61,770 nucleotides of DNA from an uncultured Gammaproteobacteria bacterium (GCA_964444705.1 CAYUHX010000005.1:1-61770), one strand, 5' to 3'; counted from the stretch's first letter, positions 8,700 through 18,740 are shown. Made by a program: numbers and translations. The notes: a model not told the origin generated them from the letters alone.

Positions 8700-9896
8700 T
8701 TAAATAATTTTTCGCAATAATTTTTTCTTAAAACGATGTTCATTTATTCTATTTCCCAAAACCACCGTTATGCCTGCCACTATAGATTCGGTAGAGCCAA
8801 TAGCAGCCAAAACCCAACCATTATGCATTACTCCCGTAACCGCACCAAGAATACCCATAAAAGGCGCCATTCCAGCCCCGACAAGAAGTCCGAGCCGGGC
8901 TGGATTGGTAAAATCCTGACGCAGAGCAACACGAAGCAAAGAATCCTTGCTTCGTGGTTTGAATTTTCCCATTTGAAACAACTTAATAATATTTTTATGA
9001 TACATAAATAATGACTGTATCGCAGTAGTGAGAGATAACGCTACTGCAGAAAGACCAAATATCACTCCAGCAAAAATCAGATTTCCATTTATGAGAAAAT
9101 GCTCAACTGAAAGTGCTCCGTATGTGGCCAACGCAAAGACTGGCACCAAAATATATGAACGTTTCGCAAGTTCTTTCCACGCAAAACCCGAACCACGTAA
9201 CGCCATTAATTCCGCAGTTTCTCCTAAAAGATCATCAGCTGAAGCGGCAAACAATTTTCCAATTCCTGACGCATATTTTTCTAAAATATGTGCAACCGGA
9301 CCAACAAAAAGCAAAGCTTTTACAATAGTTTGGGCTATTTCAGTGCGTTCGCTGGCGTTGTCAGCAATAACTCGAAAAACGGTATAATCAATTGACAAAG
9401 GATAAATAATTTCAGATAGTTCGGTCATTAGATTTTGTTCCTCTTCAGAAATACCTATATTTTCTTCATCAATGAGTACAAGACGCTTAAAACGCAGACG
9501 ATCACGGACAATAACTTCAACTGCCGCGTCAAGATTACATCCATGCAACGCTGCACGATCTACATCTTCGGCAGTAAAAATCGGTTTTTTATGATCACGC
9601 AACAAATCGGGCAACCACGTGACAATAAAATTTTCTTGACTGTACTGACTGATGGCATGAATAGCATTCAATACATTTTCAGGTGTTTTTAAAATACTCC
9701 GTACACCAATAGCTTTTCCTTGATTCAAAATCTTTTTTATTTTTTCTTTGTATGCTGGTTTGGTATTAAAAATATATCGAACTTCAATTGGTAGATAACG
9801 CTCCCAATCACATTCTTCGGCCAACGAAATAACATCTAAACGATATGAACCAATCGGGGAATTTTTGGGTGGCACATGACGAAAATTGAAAACCAT
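8700..9896 (-). CDS. hypothetical protein: about 200-aa soluble N-terminal domain plus about 5-TM C-terminal domain
   Basis: Long uninterrupted 398-aa ORF, 3 nt downstream of the nucleotidyltransferase gene stop. I recognise no family motif. Confidence 0.55.
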   Translation of the reverse strand: MVFNFRHVPPKNSPIGSYRLDVISLAEECDWERYLPIEVRYIFNTKPAYKEKIKKILNQGKAIGVRSILKTPENVLNAIHAISQYSQENFIVTWLPDLLRDHKKPIFTAEDVDRAALHGCNLDAAVEVIVRDRLRFKRLVLIDEENIGISEEEQNLMTELSEIIYPLSIDYTVFRVIADNASERTEIAQTIVKALLFVGPVAHILEKYASGIGKLFAASADDLLGETAELMALRGSGFAWKELAKRSYILVPVFALATYGALSVEHFLINGNLIFAGVIFGLSAVALSLTTAIQSLFMYHKNIIKLFQMGKFKPRSKDSLLRVALRQDFTNPARLGLLVGAGMAPFMGILGAVTGVMHNGWVLAAIGSTESIVAGITVVLGNRINEHRFKKKLLRKII

Positions 9897-9899
9897 ACG

Positions 9900-10982
9900 T
9901 TAAACTTCTATTAATGTGTTATCACCTACAATTAAACGTTGAAATCCATTTTCTGCATGTGGTGTAATCACCGTATCTTTGCCAATAATACTTTCTTGAA
10001 TATTGCTGTAAGAGTCAATTTTGCAATTACTAAAGACAAGAGAATTTCGAATAGTTACATTCGTGAGCTTTGAACCATTGCCAATGGTGGTATAGGGGTT
10101 AATAGTACAATTTTCAAGCTCACAATTATCACCAATAATTACCGGGCCTTTAATATGAACTGTGCCATTTAGCGTTGTTCCACTCCCGATTCCAATTTTT
10201 TTTGCGTGGCCTATTTTTTTTATGAGCTCAGAATTTTTTATAACAAACTCACTCTCCGGCATTTCTTCCATAAGAAGTTGATTAGCCGCAATAAGATCAT
10301 TTGGTTTGCCTGTATCTTTCCACCAACCAGTGATTTCTTGAAAACCTACATGATAACCATTTTTTAAAAAATAGGAATGAATACTTGAAATTTCATACTC
10401 ACCACGTGCAGAGGGTTGAATGTGGTCAAACGCAGTAAAAAAATTATTCTTATACAAATAAATACCCGTCACCGCAAAATTACTGGGCGGATTCGTTGGT
10501 TTTTCTATAATATCGACGAGTGTTCCTTCTGGATTAAACTGCGGTACACCAAAACGTTCTGGATCTGAAACTTTTGAAAGAGCCAACATACAATCAAGAT
10601 TTTCTTTCTCAAAACGTTCAAACAATGGCTTCAGACTACCTAAAATAATATTATCAGACAAATAAAACATAAACGGCTCAGTGCCCACAAATTTTTCTGC
10701 ACATTTTACCACATGCGCAATACCTTGCGGACCGCCCTCTTGCTCAAAAAAAGTAACCCGTATTCCCCATCGCGACCCATCACCCACTTCTTTCTGCAAT
10801 TGGGTTTCACCAGGATTAGTGTTAATAAAAACGTCTGTAACACCTGCTTCAACCACTTTTTCAATCGCATGAAAAATCATTGGTTTATTAGCCAAAGGAA
10901 TGAGGTGTTTATTAAGTGTGGTGGTAATGGGTCGAAGTCGAGTAGCACGACCTCCGCCGGTTAAAATTGCTTTTTTAATCAT
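9900..10982 (-). CDS. rmlA: glucose-1-phosphate thymidylyltransferase, long form (nucleotidyltransferase plus left-handed beta-helix)
   Basis: N-terminal GGGRATRLRPITTTLNKHLIPLANKPM (GxGxRLxPxT) and a C-terminal hexapeptide-repeat region (..TIGNGSKLTNVTIRNSLVFSNCKIDS..). Same operon as rmlB. Confidence 0.8.
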   Translation of the reverse strand: MIKKAILTGGGRATRLRPITTTLNKHLIPLANKPMIFHAIEKVVEAGVTDVFINTNPGETQLQKEVGDGSRWGIRVTFFEQEGGPQGIAHVVKCAEKFVGTEPFMFYLSDNIILGSLKPLFERFEKENLDCMLALSKVSDPERFGVPQFNPEGTLVDIIEKPTNPPSNFAVTGIYLYKNNFFTAFDHIQPSARGEYEISSIHSYFLKNGYHVGFQEITGWWKDTGKPNDLIAANQLLMEEMPESEFVIKNSELIKKIGHAKKIGIGSGTTLNGTVHIKGPVIIGDNCELENCTINPYTTIGNGSKLTNVTIRNSLVFSNCKIDSYSNIQESIIGKDTVITPHAENGFQRLIVGDNTLIEV

Positions 10983-11021
10983 ACATCTTGAATTACAAAA
11001 ATGAGGAAACTGTTTGTAACC

Positions 11022-12122
11022 CTACCAAAAAATTATGTTTTTTACAATAAAACCATACACGGACATAAAAGGATTAGCCACATAACGCAGGAGTGGACTG
11101 TTGAGGGTCTTTTTTTCTCCAAACGAAACTTCCGAAACCGTAGAACGCAGCAAATCACGATCAGAAAGAATTCTCATTTTTTGAATATGATGCCGAGCTC
11201 TAAGCCAACACTTCCAATGATCTGGCTCTGCCCAATATTTCCAAACAGAAATTTTTTCTTTCCACCAACCATTTCGCCAAAAAAAATAACTGATTCCGAA
11301 TTCCATAAGTATGAGCGCTGGCAATAAAAGTATGAGTGTTGGCCATTTGTAATAAAGCAAGAGAAGGGCGTAACGATTTCGTTCAATATAATAAAATTTG
11401 CTTGGACTACGACTAAACACATATTTGTGAAAAAAGAACGCATCACGGATTAGCACCACTCGAAAACCAACCATTTTTAAACGCAATGAATATTCAACAT
11501 CTTCATGGTAAGCAAACAAATCTTCATTAAGAAGACCGTATTTTTTAAGTAAATCAACTCTGAGTAAAAGCGCCGCACCGCTGGCATAGCCTATATCCGA
11601 CAAAGGTTTCAAGGATTTTGAAACAAATTTTTCTCCAAAATTAGGAATATACCCAAAACCCAAAAAATGATAGCTATTTCCTGTTGAATTAATACATTCT
11701 GTTTCGGGATGAAGAAGAACAGTTGTTTGTGCACACCCAATTGTTGAATCATTTTGGACCGCACTTACCATTTTTTCCAAGGCGTCTCCTGCTAAAAATC
11801 CATCTTGATTATGTAAAAACGCATAGTGGGCGCCCTCATCAATGGCCCAACGCAATCCCACATTATTACCGCCGCAAAAACCGGTATTTTCTTGCTGGGG
11901 CAAATACACGATTCGTGGCAACTCTTTTTCTGAAAATGGTAAAATATTTTTTTCAATATAGGCAGTAGAAAGACCATGTATCGGGTGTGGATTATCAACA
12001 ATAACAAGCACTACTTTCTCGCGTGGATATGAAAGTTTTTTTAGACTTGCCACCACATCATCCCAATAAGATTGAGAATGATATGATAAATAAATAAGGG
12101 CAACTTTAGGAAAATGGTCCAT
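11022..12122 (-). CDS. GT2 glycosyltransferase, WbbL/RfbF-like (rhamnosyltransferase-type) with C-terminal TM helices
   Basis: VALIYLSYHS.., VLVIVDNPHP, FCGGNNVG, AYHEDVEYSLR. Hydrophobic C-terminus. Confidence 0.75.
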   Translation of the reverse strand: MDHFPKVALIYLSYHSQSYWDDVVASLKKLSYPREKVVLVIVDNPHPIHGLSTAYIEKNILPFSEKELPRIVYLPQQENTGFCGGNNVGLRWAIDEGAHYAFLHNQDGFLAGDALEKMVSAVQNDSTIGCAQTTVLLHPETECINSTGNSYHFLGFGYIPNFGEKFVSKSLKPLSDIGYASGAALLLRVDLLKKYGLLNEDLFAYHEDVEYSLRLKMVGFRVVLIRDAFFFHKYVFSRSPSKFYYIERNRYALLLLYYKWPTLILLLPALILMEFGISYFFWRNGWWKEKISVWKYWAEPDHWKCWLRARHHIQKMRILSDRDLLRSTVSEVSFGEKKTLNSPLLRYVANPFMSVYGFIVKNIIFW

Positions 12123-12951
12123 AGTATTTATACGTAGTACGCCATTTCCACATAAACTTAAACCAACTAAAAAGATGAATGCGAGCTAATTTATTCTTAT
12201 AAAGCGCTTTAAATAATCCTGGAATTTTTGCTGATTCTCGTGTGTAGCGATGTTTGATGACGATATCGTGAACGTAATACACCGGCCAACCCTTTTCCCA
12301 CATAGCTCGACACCAATCACAATCTTCAAGATACATAAAATATCTGCCGTCAAACCAACCCAAATCTTTCACCACTTCATGCCGAACAATCATGGCCGCT
12401 CCAAGTACCCAATCAACCGGACGTGTTTCGTGATGATTAAAATCAGCCATGTGGAGTCGGTCAGTGTATTGTTTTACCCAGGTATATTTTTTATCCCAAT
12501 TTAAATGTTTAAATGGCTTAATAAGAATGGAACGTAAATCAAAACGAAAACATGACTGCTGTACATTACCTTCCATGTCGATCAGCTTGGGCCCAATACA
12601 ACCAATTTTTGGATGCGAGTCCATGAATGCAATAAGTCGATCAATCGTATGTGAATTTTCCAGCAACAATGTGTCACGATTAAGTGCAAAATAATAGCGT
12701 GCTGGAGTTGCTTCAAAACCAAGTACGTTTCCACGTCCAAAACCAATATTCTCGCCAGAATCAATATATGAAACTTGGCGAAAACGTTTTTTCAAGTCTT
12801 CTTTGATACCATCTTTATTTTGCGAGTTATCAACAACAGTAATTTGAATTGCAAATTTTGAATCACGAATATCTTTAATTACCGAATCTACAGCATTCAA
12901 AATGTCATCCTTACACCAGTAATTAAGAAATACAACGGTCAGGTCTTTCAT
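12106..12951 (-). CDS. GT2 glycosyltransferase, WbbL/RfbF-like
   Basis: TVVFLNYW, ITVVDNSQNKDG, GFGRGNVLG, MYLEDCDWCRAM. The ORF track begins at 12984. The ATG at 12951 (MKDLTVVF..) lies 1 nt after the upstream stop and fits the family N-terminus better. Confidence 0.75.
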   Translation of the reverse strand: MKDLTVVFLNYWCKDDILNAVDSVIKDIRDSKFAIQITVVDNSQNKDGIKEDLKKRFRQVSYIDSGENIGFGRGNVLGFEATPARYYFALNRDTLLLENSHTIDRLIAFMDSHPKIGCIGPKLIDMEGNVQQSCFRFDLRSILIKPFKHLNWDKKYTWVKQYTDRLHMADFNHHETRPVDWVLGAAMIVRHEVVKDLGWFDGRYFMYLEDCDWCRAMWEKGWPVYYVHDIVIKHRYTRESAKIPGLFKALYKNKLARIHLFSWFKFMWKWRTTYKYYGPFS

Positions 12952-12952
12952 A

Positions 12953-14056
12953 TTAGTATTGAGAACAATGTGTCCACCACGCACGCAAATCAGTGTAAGA
13001 CGTTTTTCTTTTTGATTTATTTAAAAATCGGGCATTCCAGATATCTTTGCGGTGTAGCCATAATTCTTTAAAACTTTTAAGCACTGCCCGATCAAAAATA
13101 AGACAGAATACCAGCTTCTTTAATTCATACCATATAATCCAAGGAAAGTCGCATATAAAGTTACGGCCATACTCATTTTGAAACAACAATCGAAGATGAT
13201 TACGATAGCTCAAAAATTTAATTCGTGCCGATTGTGATTGCTTATTAATTATAGTTGCCAAATTAGATGATGCATGCACACCAGAGGTGGTACGATCGTG
13301 ATATGCGACAGCTGAAGAACAGACAAAAGCTTTAAAACCACCTTGACGAAGGCGAAATGCAAGATCAACATCTTCTTTGTATGATTCGAAAGAAGAATCA
13401 AACAATTCACCTTCTTCAAGTGCAACCGCTTCTACAGCCGATCGACAGTATAAAGGCAGTGCGCCTGAAACTCCAAACACCTCAACGACGTCATTTGAAA
13501 ACAATGTATTTTCTTTAGAAAAATTTTTCCAATCTTCTCCCCCACCCCATTCTATGACGCGCCTATTTCTAAACACTTTTAACCCCATAGAATCTATTTG
13601 ATCAGAAAATGTCGTTGCTAGTGTTTCAAGATTAACTTCATCATGAAAAAAAAGTGTGGCATCAGATACGTTCCATTTCATAAGACGCGCAGTCACGGCG
13701 GCGGCTTTTTCGTGGTGACTGGCAAAAGAAAACATTTTTTCGATACACTCCGGATTAAGGTACATGTCTTGATTCAAGAGGAGGACAAAAGGTGCTTTGT
13801 GTTTCTTAAAAAGTTGGTTGTGCCCACCAGCGAATCCGATATTTTCTTGTGCTACTTCTATTTGGTTCGTAAAATTTCCATCAGCCAATTCTTGCTTGAG
13901 TAAAAGTACCGTCTCGTCAGTTGAACCATTATCCCAAATCATTAATTGCCAATTTTTCATCGTCTGTGCGCGCAAAGAACGACACAAAAATGGAATATAT
14001 CGTGCGCCATTATAGGTCACTAATTGCACCACTAACTGAGGAATAGTTTGATTCAT
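12953..14056 (-). CDS. GT2 glycosyltransferase, WbbL/RfbF-like
   Basis: VVQLVTYNGARYI, LMIWDNGSTDET, GFAGGHNQL, LLNQDMYL, YKEDVDLAFRL. ATGA overlap with the upstream gene. Confidence 0.75.
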   Translation of the reverse strand: MNQTIPQLVVQLVTYNGARYIPFLCRSLRAQTMKNWQLMIWDNGSTDETVLLLKQELADGNFTNQIEVAQENIGFAGGHNQLFKKHKAPFVLLLNQDMYLNPECIEKMFSFASHHEKAAAVTARLMKWNVSDATLFFHDEVNLETLATTFSDQIDSMGLKVFRNRRVIEWGGGEDWKNFSKENTLFSNDVVEVFGVSGALPLYCRSAVEAVALEEGELFDSSFESYKEDVDLAFRLRQGGFKAFVCSSAVAYHDRTTSGVHASSNLATIINKQSQSARIKFLSYRNHLRLLFQNEYGRNFICDFPWIIWYELKKLVFCLIFDRAVLKSFKELWLHRKDIWNARFLNKSKRKTSYTDLRAWWTHCSQY

Positions 14057-14973
14057 ACTCTATCGTCGCGGGTAATGGCGTCTTTTAATAAAGATTTGTG
14101 TGAACATAATATTTTTTGCATGTGCCCATAAACCCAAATCAGAAAAAAACCAACTGGACTAAAAAACTGAATAATACGCCATTCGTAAAATGAACCCCAT
14201 TTTTTAAAATAAAGTACCGCACTTGCAAAAAATTGTTTTTGACGAAACAGTTGATCTACTTGCTTAAAACTTTGTCCCACATAATCAACACATGAAACGA
14301 GCGGGTTGTACCACACTTCCCAGCCACGACTTCGGGCCTCCCGACAAATATCGACATCTTCAAAAAACAATCGATAACGTGGATCAAAAGCAAAGCCAGT
14401 TTCCTCAAGAAAAGAACGCCTCATAAGCATAAAAGAACCACGTACCGTATCCACAATTCGTTCTCCTACTAATTCCTCATCATGATAACCTCTACTAAAA
14501 AATTTTGGAAAAAGAACCGATAATTTAAACAAGATTCCTAAAACCGAAAAAAAAGTTGGAAAATAGGCTGGACGATGCGAATCTCGCATTTTTCCGTTAG
14601 AATTTAACAATCGACAACCAACAATTGCAAGCCGAGGTTTGGTCTCTGCCCAGGCGAGCAATGGCCGTAGAGTCACTTTTTCTAAAAGCATATCAGGATT
14701 AAGAAAAAGCAACCATTTTCCCCGAGCACAAGCCAAACCTTGATTGTTGGCTTTCGCAAAACCTTCATTATTTTCATTCGCAATAAAAACTATACCTGGT
14801 TGATTTTGAACTTCGTCTTTAATACGATCGGTAGATGCATTGTCAATCACAACGTGTTCATAGTTAAGACCTTCAACTGCATTCTTTACAGAAATCATTT
14901 GCGGTGTAATAAGCGCAGCCGAATTCCATGTGACTGTAATAACAGACAAATCAATCGGGAATACTTTTTCCAT
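14053..14973 (-). CDS. GT2 glycosyltransferase, WbbL/RfbF-like
   Basis: SVITVTWNS, VVIDNASTDR, GFAKANNQG, FLNPDMLL, FFEDVDICREA. Confidence 0.75.
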   Translation of the reverse strand: MEKVFPIDLSVITVTWNSAALITPQMISVKNAVEGLNYEHVVIDNASTDRIKDEVQNQPGIVFIANENNEGFAKANNQGLACARGKWLLFLNPDMLLEKVTLRPLLAWAETKPRLAIVGCRLLNSNGKMRDSHRPAYFPTFFSVLGILFKLSVLFPKFFSRGYHDEELVGERIVDTVRGSFMLMRRSFLEETGFAFDPRYRLFFEDVDICREARSRGWEVWYNPLVSCVDYVGQSFKQVDQLFRQKQFFASAVLYFKKWGSFYEWRIIQFFSPVGFFLIWVYGHMQKILCSHKSLLKDAITRDDRV

Positions 14974-14981
14974 ACGAGATT

Positions 14982-15821
14982 TTAATGGTTTTTCTTGAGT
15001 TCAGCGTATTTCACAAACGTGTCACGCACCGCTTCGTGGACCTCACGGAGAGAAATGTTATATCGTGCCAAATTTTCTGATTGCAAAATAGTATTGGATC
15101 TTTTTTTCTTGGCCAAACCACTTTCCACTAATTCAACTTCGCTAATCCATTCATTAAAATGAGATGGATCAACCAACTCTTTGTAAAGCGCTAAAATTTC
15201 TTGATGACGAATTGCTCCCGGATTTGTGACATGAAAAATTCCCTCGGCACGCTGTTCTAAAAGACCTCGAAAAGCTTTAATCATATCTTCAACTACCGTA
15301 ATACTATTTATCACATCAACCACGCGTGGATAAGCTGCCAACTTATCAATTAAATTTCCGGGTGAAGGAATGTAATCAAGAGGCATTCGGATGCGCGCCA
15401 CTCCCACACCAGAATATGTAGACAAACCTAGATCAGCAGCATACTTACTACGTGTATACACTGCCACAGGATTTGGAAATTCACTTTCTTTCCAACCCAA
15501 AGGATCTGGTGCATAGCCATAATAGACACACCCCGTGCCCATGTGCAGTAAATAGGTGTTTGTTTGACGACATGCATCTGCAATGAAAAGCGGCATGATC
15601 GTATTACCAAAGATTGTTTCAGTTTGGTGAGTTTCACACCAATCAACATTTGGTTTTCCCACCACACCCGCGGCATTAAGAATAGCATCAGGTTGGTGTT
15701 CTTTTATAATATCAAGAACATCATTTACCGAAGTGATCCTCCGATCAGATAACACCGAATCAGGCCAGGCTTTGTGACAACGTTGTCCCAAAAATCCTTT
15801 CCCAATAATACAAATTTTCAT
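14982..15821 (-). CDS. SDR of the NRS/ER type: probable bifunctional 4-keto-6-deoxyhexose 3,5-epimerase/4-reductase (rhamnose synthase C-terminal-domain-like), in the place of RmlC plus RmlD
   Basis: GKGFLG Rossmann motif. NAAGVVGKPNVDWCETHQTETIFGN and RIRMPLDY..GNLIDKL..VVDVINSITVVEDM..GIFHVTNPGAIRHQEILALYKE closely resemble my memory of Arabidopsis NRS/ER (NAAGVTGRPNVDWCESHKTETIRTN; RVRMPISS..). YTRSK catalytic pair. Confidence 0.6.
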   Translation of the reverse strand: MKICIIGKGFLGQRCHKAWPDSVLSDRRITSVNDVLDIIKEHQPDAILNAAGVVGKPNVDWCETHQTETIFGNTIMPLFIADACRQTNTYLLHMGTGCVYYGYAPDPLGWKESEFPNPVAVYTRSKYAADLGLSTYSGVGVARIRMPLDYIPSPGNLIDKLAAYPRVVDVINSITVVEDMIKAFRGLLEQRAEGIFHVTNPGAIRHQEILALYKELVDPSHFNEWISEVELVESGLAKKKRSNTILQSENLARYNISLREVHEAVRDTFVKYAELKKNH

Positions 15822-15836
15822 ATCTACTAGGCTTAA

Positions 15837-16853
15837 TTAAGAAATAGGGTCACCATACACCCTTTTATAGTAGGTTTTATATGCACCATTTTTGCATCGT
15901 TCCAACCAATCTTGATGAGACACATACCACGCCACCACGTCCTTCAAACCTTGATCTAATTTTATCAATGGTCGCCACCCAAGCTCATGCGTGGCTTTTG
16001 AAAAATCAATCGCGTATCTTCGATCGTGCCCAGGGCGATCTTTCACCCACTCAATCATTGATTCATCTTTACTGAGAAGCGCAAGAATTTTTTTAGTGAG
16101 AGTGAGATTGGTGACTTCGCAGTCTCCGCCCAAGCAATATGTCTCTCCTGTTTTACCCTGATGGATAATACGATCAATTCCTGCGCAATGATCATCAACA
16201 TGAATCCAATCGCGCACTTGCTCACCATCGCCATATACTGGAACTTTTTTATTTTCGAGTAAATTAGAAATAAATAAAGGAATTATTTTTTCAGGAAACA
16301 TGAACGGTCCATAATTATTAGAACAATTTGAAATTGTGACCGGAAGATTATACGTATGAAAATAAGCACGGACCAAATGATCAGAGCCAGCTTTAGAGGC
16401 AGAATACGGACTACGTGGATCGTAGGGAGTGTGTTCATTAAAAGGTAAATCAGTTGGAGACAACGCACCAAACACTTCATCGGTTGACACATGATGATAA
16501 CGCAGACCAAACTCTTTACATACTTCAAGCAACGTATATGTACCGAGTACATTTGTTTTTACAAATATGCTTGGATCAAGGATGGAACGATCAACATGAG
16601 TTTCCGCAGCAAAGTTAATTACATGTGTGATTTCATTTTTTTTTATTACCTCTCGAATCTTTTTTTCATCTGTAATATCACCCTCTACAAAAGAGTACGT
16701 CTGTAAACGTTCAATATCTTGAAGATTTTCTAAGTTGCCGGCATAGGTTAATTTATCATAATTGACCACAGTGTATGCAGGATAACGATGAGAAATGTAT
16801 CGAATAAAATTGGAACCAATAAACCCCGCTCCACCACACACAAGAAGTTTCAT
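15837..16853 (-). CDS. rmlB: dTDP-glucose 4,6-dehydratase
   Basis: GGAGFIGSNF, HVSTDEVFG, YSASKAGSDHLVRAY, RDWIHVDDH. 338 aa. Confidence 0.9.
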   Translation of the reverse strand: MKLLVCGGAGFIGSNFIRYISHRYPAYTVVNYDKLTYAGNLENLQDIERLQTYSFVEGDITDEKKIREVIKKNEITHVINFAAETHVDRSILDPSIFVKTNVLGTYTLLEVCKEFGLRYHHVSTDEVFGALSPTDLPFNEHTPYDPRSPYSASKAGSDHLVRAYFHTYNLPVTISNCSNNYGPFMFPEKIIPLFISNLLENKKVPVYGDGEQVRDWIHVDDHCAGIDRIIHQGKTGETYCLGGDCEVTNLTLTKKILALLSKDESMIEWVKDRPGHDRRYAIDFSKATHELGWRPLIKLDQGLKDVVAWYVSHQDWLERCKNGAYKTYYKRVYGDPIS

Positions 16854-16869
16854 AAAAAATAATTTAAAT

Positions 16870-17982
16870 TTAGACTGAACCAGGTGTTGCCTTGCTTACG
16901 CTCATTACCATCCCCATCGCACTTAGCATACTCATAAGAGCCGTACCGCCGTGGCTAATAAAAGGCAACGGCACACCGGTAAGCGGCAAAGCTCCAACCA
17001 TCGCACCAATATTTAAAAAAGATTGCCACATAAACCACACCATAATGCCCGTTACCAAAATTTTCCCGCCTAATTCGGGAGCACGATCGGCAATTTTTAA
17101 TCCTCTCCATCCAATGAGCAGTATAAGGAAAATGACCCCAGCTGAAACAAAAAAACCCATTTCTTCCGCAATGATAGCAAAGATTGAGTCTGCATTCACT
17201 TCGGGCAAATATTGATACTTTTGTCGAGATTGATTAAATCCCAATCCCCAAAAACCACCCGATCCGACCGCCAAAAAAGCCTGGTTAATTTGATATCCCA
17301 CACCTTGCGGATCAAGCGCAGGATGCAAAAAAGTGGTAAGACGTTGCATGCGATATGGCGCCGCAATTACAAGTACAACAAAAGCAGTGACACACAGACT
17401 ACCAAGTACCACTAAATAACGAGTGGGAACCTCGGCCACAAAGAGAATAAAAAAAATGGCCATCACTAAAATTGATAATGTTCCTACGTCATGCACCAAA
17501 AGCAACACTGGAGCAATGATGGCAAGCACCGGAAGCAAGCTTGATTGCCAATCATCCCAATGATATTTACGGTGCGAAAGCAAGGCGGCAAGCAAGGTAA
17601 TAATAGCAATTTTCGAAATTTCCGAAGGCTGAAAACTAAAACCTTTGATATGAATCCAGTTGCGAGAACCATTAATCACTGCCCCAACGCCTGGAACAAA
17701 AACTGCAGCAAGAAGAATGATAGTTCCTATATACAAAGGCCAAGCCATTTTTAGAATTTTTCGATAATCTAAGCGTGAGAAAAAAATAAACAAAATAATC
17801 CCTGGTATAGCCCCAAAAAGAATTTGTTTTTTTATAAAAAAATAGGTGTCATGAAAATTACTATATGCGAGCGGACCGGTTGCGGAAATAAGAGCGATAA
17901 GTCCAAAGCCAAATAATCCTAAAAGGTATACTAAAAGCTGTTTGTCTCCTCCAGGAGTTGTTTTTTTCTCAAAAGCACGCAT
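16870..17982 (-). CDS. SEDS-family peptidoglycan glycosyltransferase (FtsW/RodA/SpoVE)
   Basis: 370 aa, about 10 TM. Motifs NGSRNWI, FQPSEISKIA, LPEVNADSIFAIIAEEMGF and GVPLPFISHGGTALM. Confidence 0.85.
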   Translation of the reverse strand: MRAFEKKTTPGGDKQLLVYLLGLFGFGLIALISATGPLAYSNFHDTYFFIKKQILFGAIPGIILFIFFSRLDYRKILKMAWPLYIGTIILLAAVFVPGVGAVINGSRNWIHIKGFSFQPSEISKIAIITLLAALLSHRKYHWDDWQSSLLPVLAIIAPVLLLVHDVGTLSILVMAIFFILFVAEVPTRYLVVLGSLCVTAFVVLVIAAPYRMQRLTTFLHPALDPQGVGYQINQAFLAVGSGGFWGLGFNQSRQKYQYLPEVNADSIFAIIAEEMGFFVSAGVIFLILLIGWRGLKIADRAPELGGKILVTGIMVWFMWQSFLNIGAMVGALPLTGVPLPFISHGGTALMSMLSAMGMVMSVSKATPGSV

Positions 17983-17984
17983 AC

Positions 17985-18386
17985 TTAAACATTCAATCCC
18001 ACCAAAAGATAGACAATCCAGGCGAGAAAAAGTTGAAAAAATAATATCGAACCTACTAAAATACGTGCCAGCGTGCGATCTTTGCTATAGACCAAAAGTG
18101 ACAACACGGTATTTATGCACCAAACTCCCACACCCACCAAAGGCAATTGAAAAAGCTTCCACCAAGGTCCTTCTTGATCAATACCAAGAAGCACGGTGTA
18201 GTGTAGAAAAAAATTTTCTGTCGAAGGATGAATGGTGCGCAATAAATACAGCCACATTACACTCTGTATGACCAAAATTAATAAGAAAGAAAACAAGACA
18301 ACTCTGTCTCGAAAATAAACTTTAATTAAAAAAAGATTCATATAATTTTCTAAAGACATTTTATCAAGTAATTGATCCCTTGACAA
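17985..18386 (-). CDS. small hypothetical membrane protein (3-4 TM)
   Basis: 133-aa ORF ending 2 nt before the SEDS start. Hydrophobic helices, no recognisable family motif, start codon uncertain. Confidence 0.45.
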   Translation of the reverse strand: MSRDQLLDKMSLENYMNLFLIKVYFRDRVVLFSFLLILVIQSVMWLYLLRTIHPSTENFFLHYTVLLGIDQEGPWWKLFQLPLVGVGVWCINTVLSLLVYSKDRTLARILVGSILFFQLFLAWIVYLLVGLNV

Positions 18387-18408
18387 GAATAAATTCTTTC
18401 ATTATACT
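18380..18408 (+). promoter_or_regulatory. sigma70-type promoter of rpmA
   Basis: TTGACA (18380..18385), 17 nt, TATACT (18403..18408), about 54 nt upstream of the rpmA ATG. Confidence 0.6.
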
Positions 18409-18461
18409 TGGTCTATTAGATTATTTTGATCTCTTTTTTACTGTAAAATTAGCTATTTTGT

Positions 18462-18740
18462 ATGTCACATAAGAAAGCAGCAGGTTCATCACGTAATGGT
18501 CGTGATTCCCAAGCACAACGTCTGGGCATTAAAATACATGACGGGCAAACCATCAAACCAGGAATGATTTTGGTCCGCCAGCGTGGAACTAAAATTCACC
18601 CTGGAAAAAACGTTGGTAAAGGAAAAGACGATACCCTTTTTGCACTTGCTGCAGGCAAAGTGGAGTATACTCGCAGCAAAAGACGACGTTTTGATGGCAG
18701 TCTGAAACCATCTCAGTCAGTGAATGTACTTACCGCTTAA
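18462..18740 (+). CDS. rpmA: 50S ribosomal protein L27
   Basis: [52 protein letters not shown]: canonical L27 with no Prp-type N-terminal extension. Confidence 0.95.
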   Translation: MSHKKAAGSSRNGRDSQAQRLGIKIHDGQTIKPGMILVRQRGTKIHPGKNVGKGKDDTLFALAAGKVEYTRSKRRRFDGSLKPSQSVNVLTA

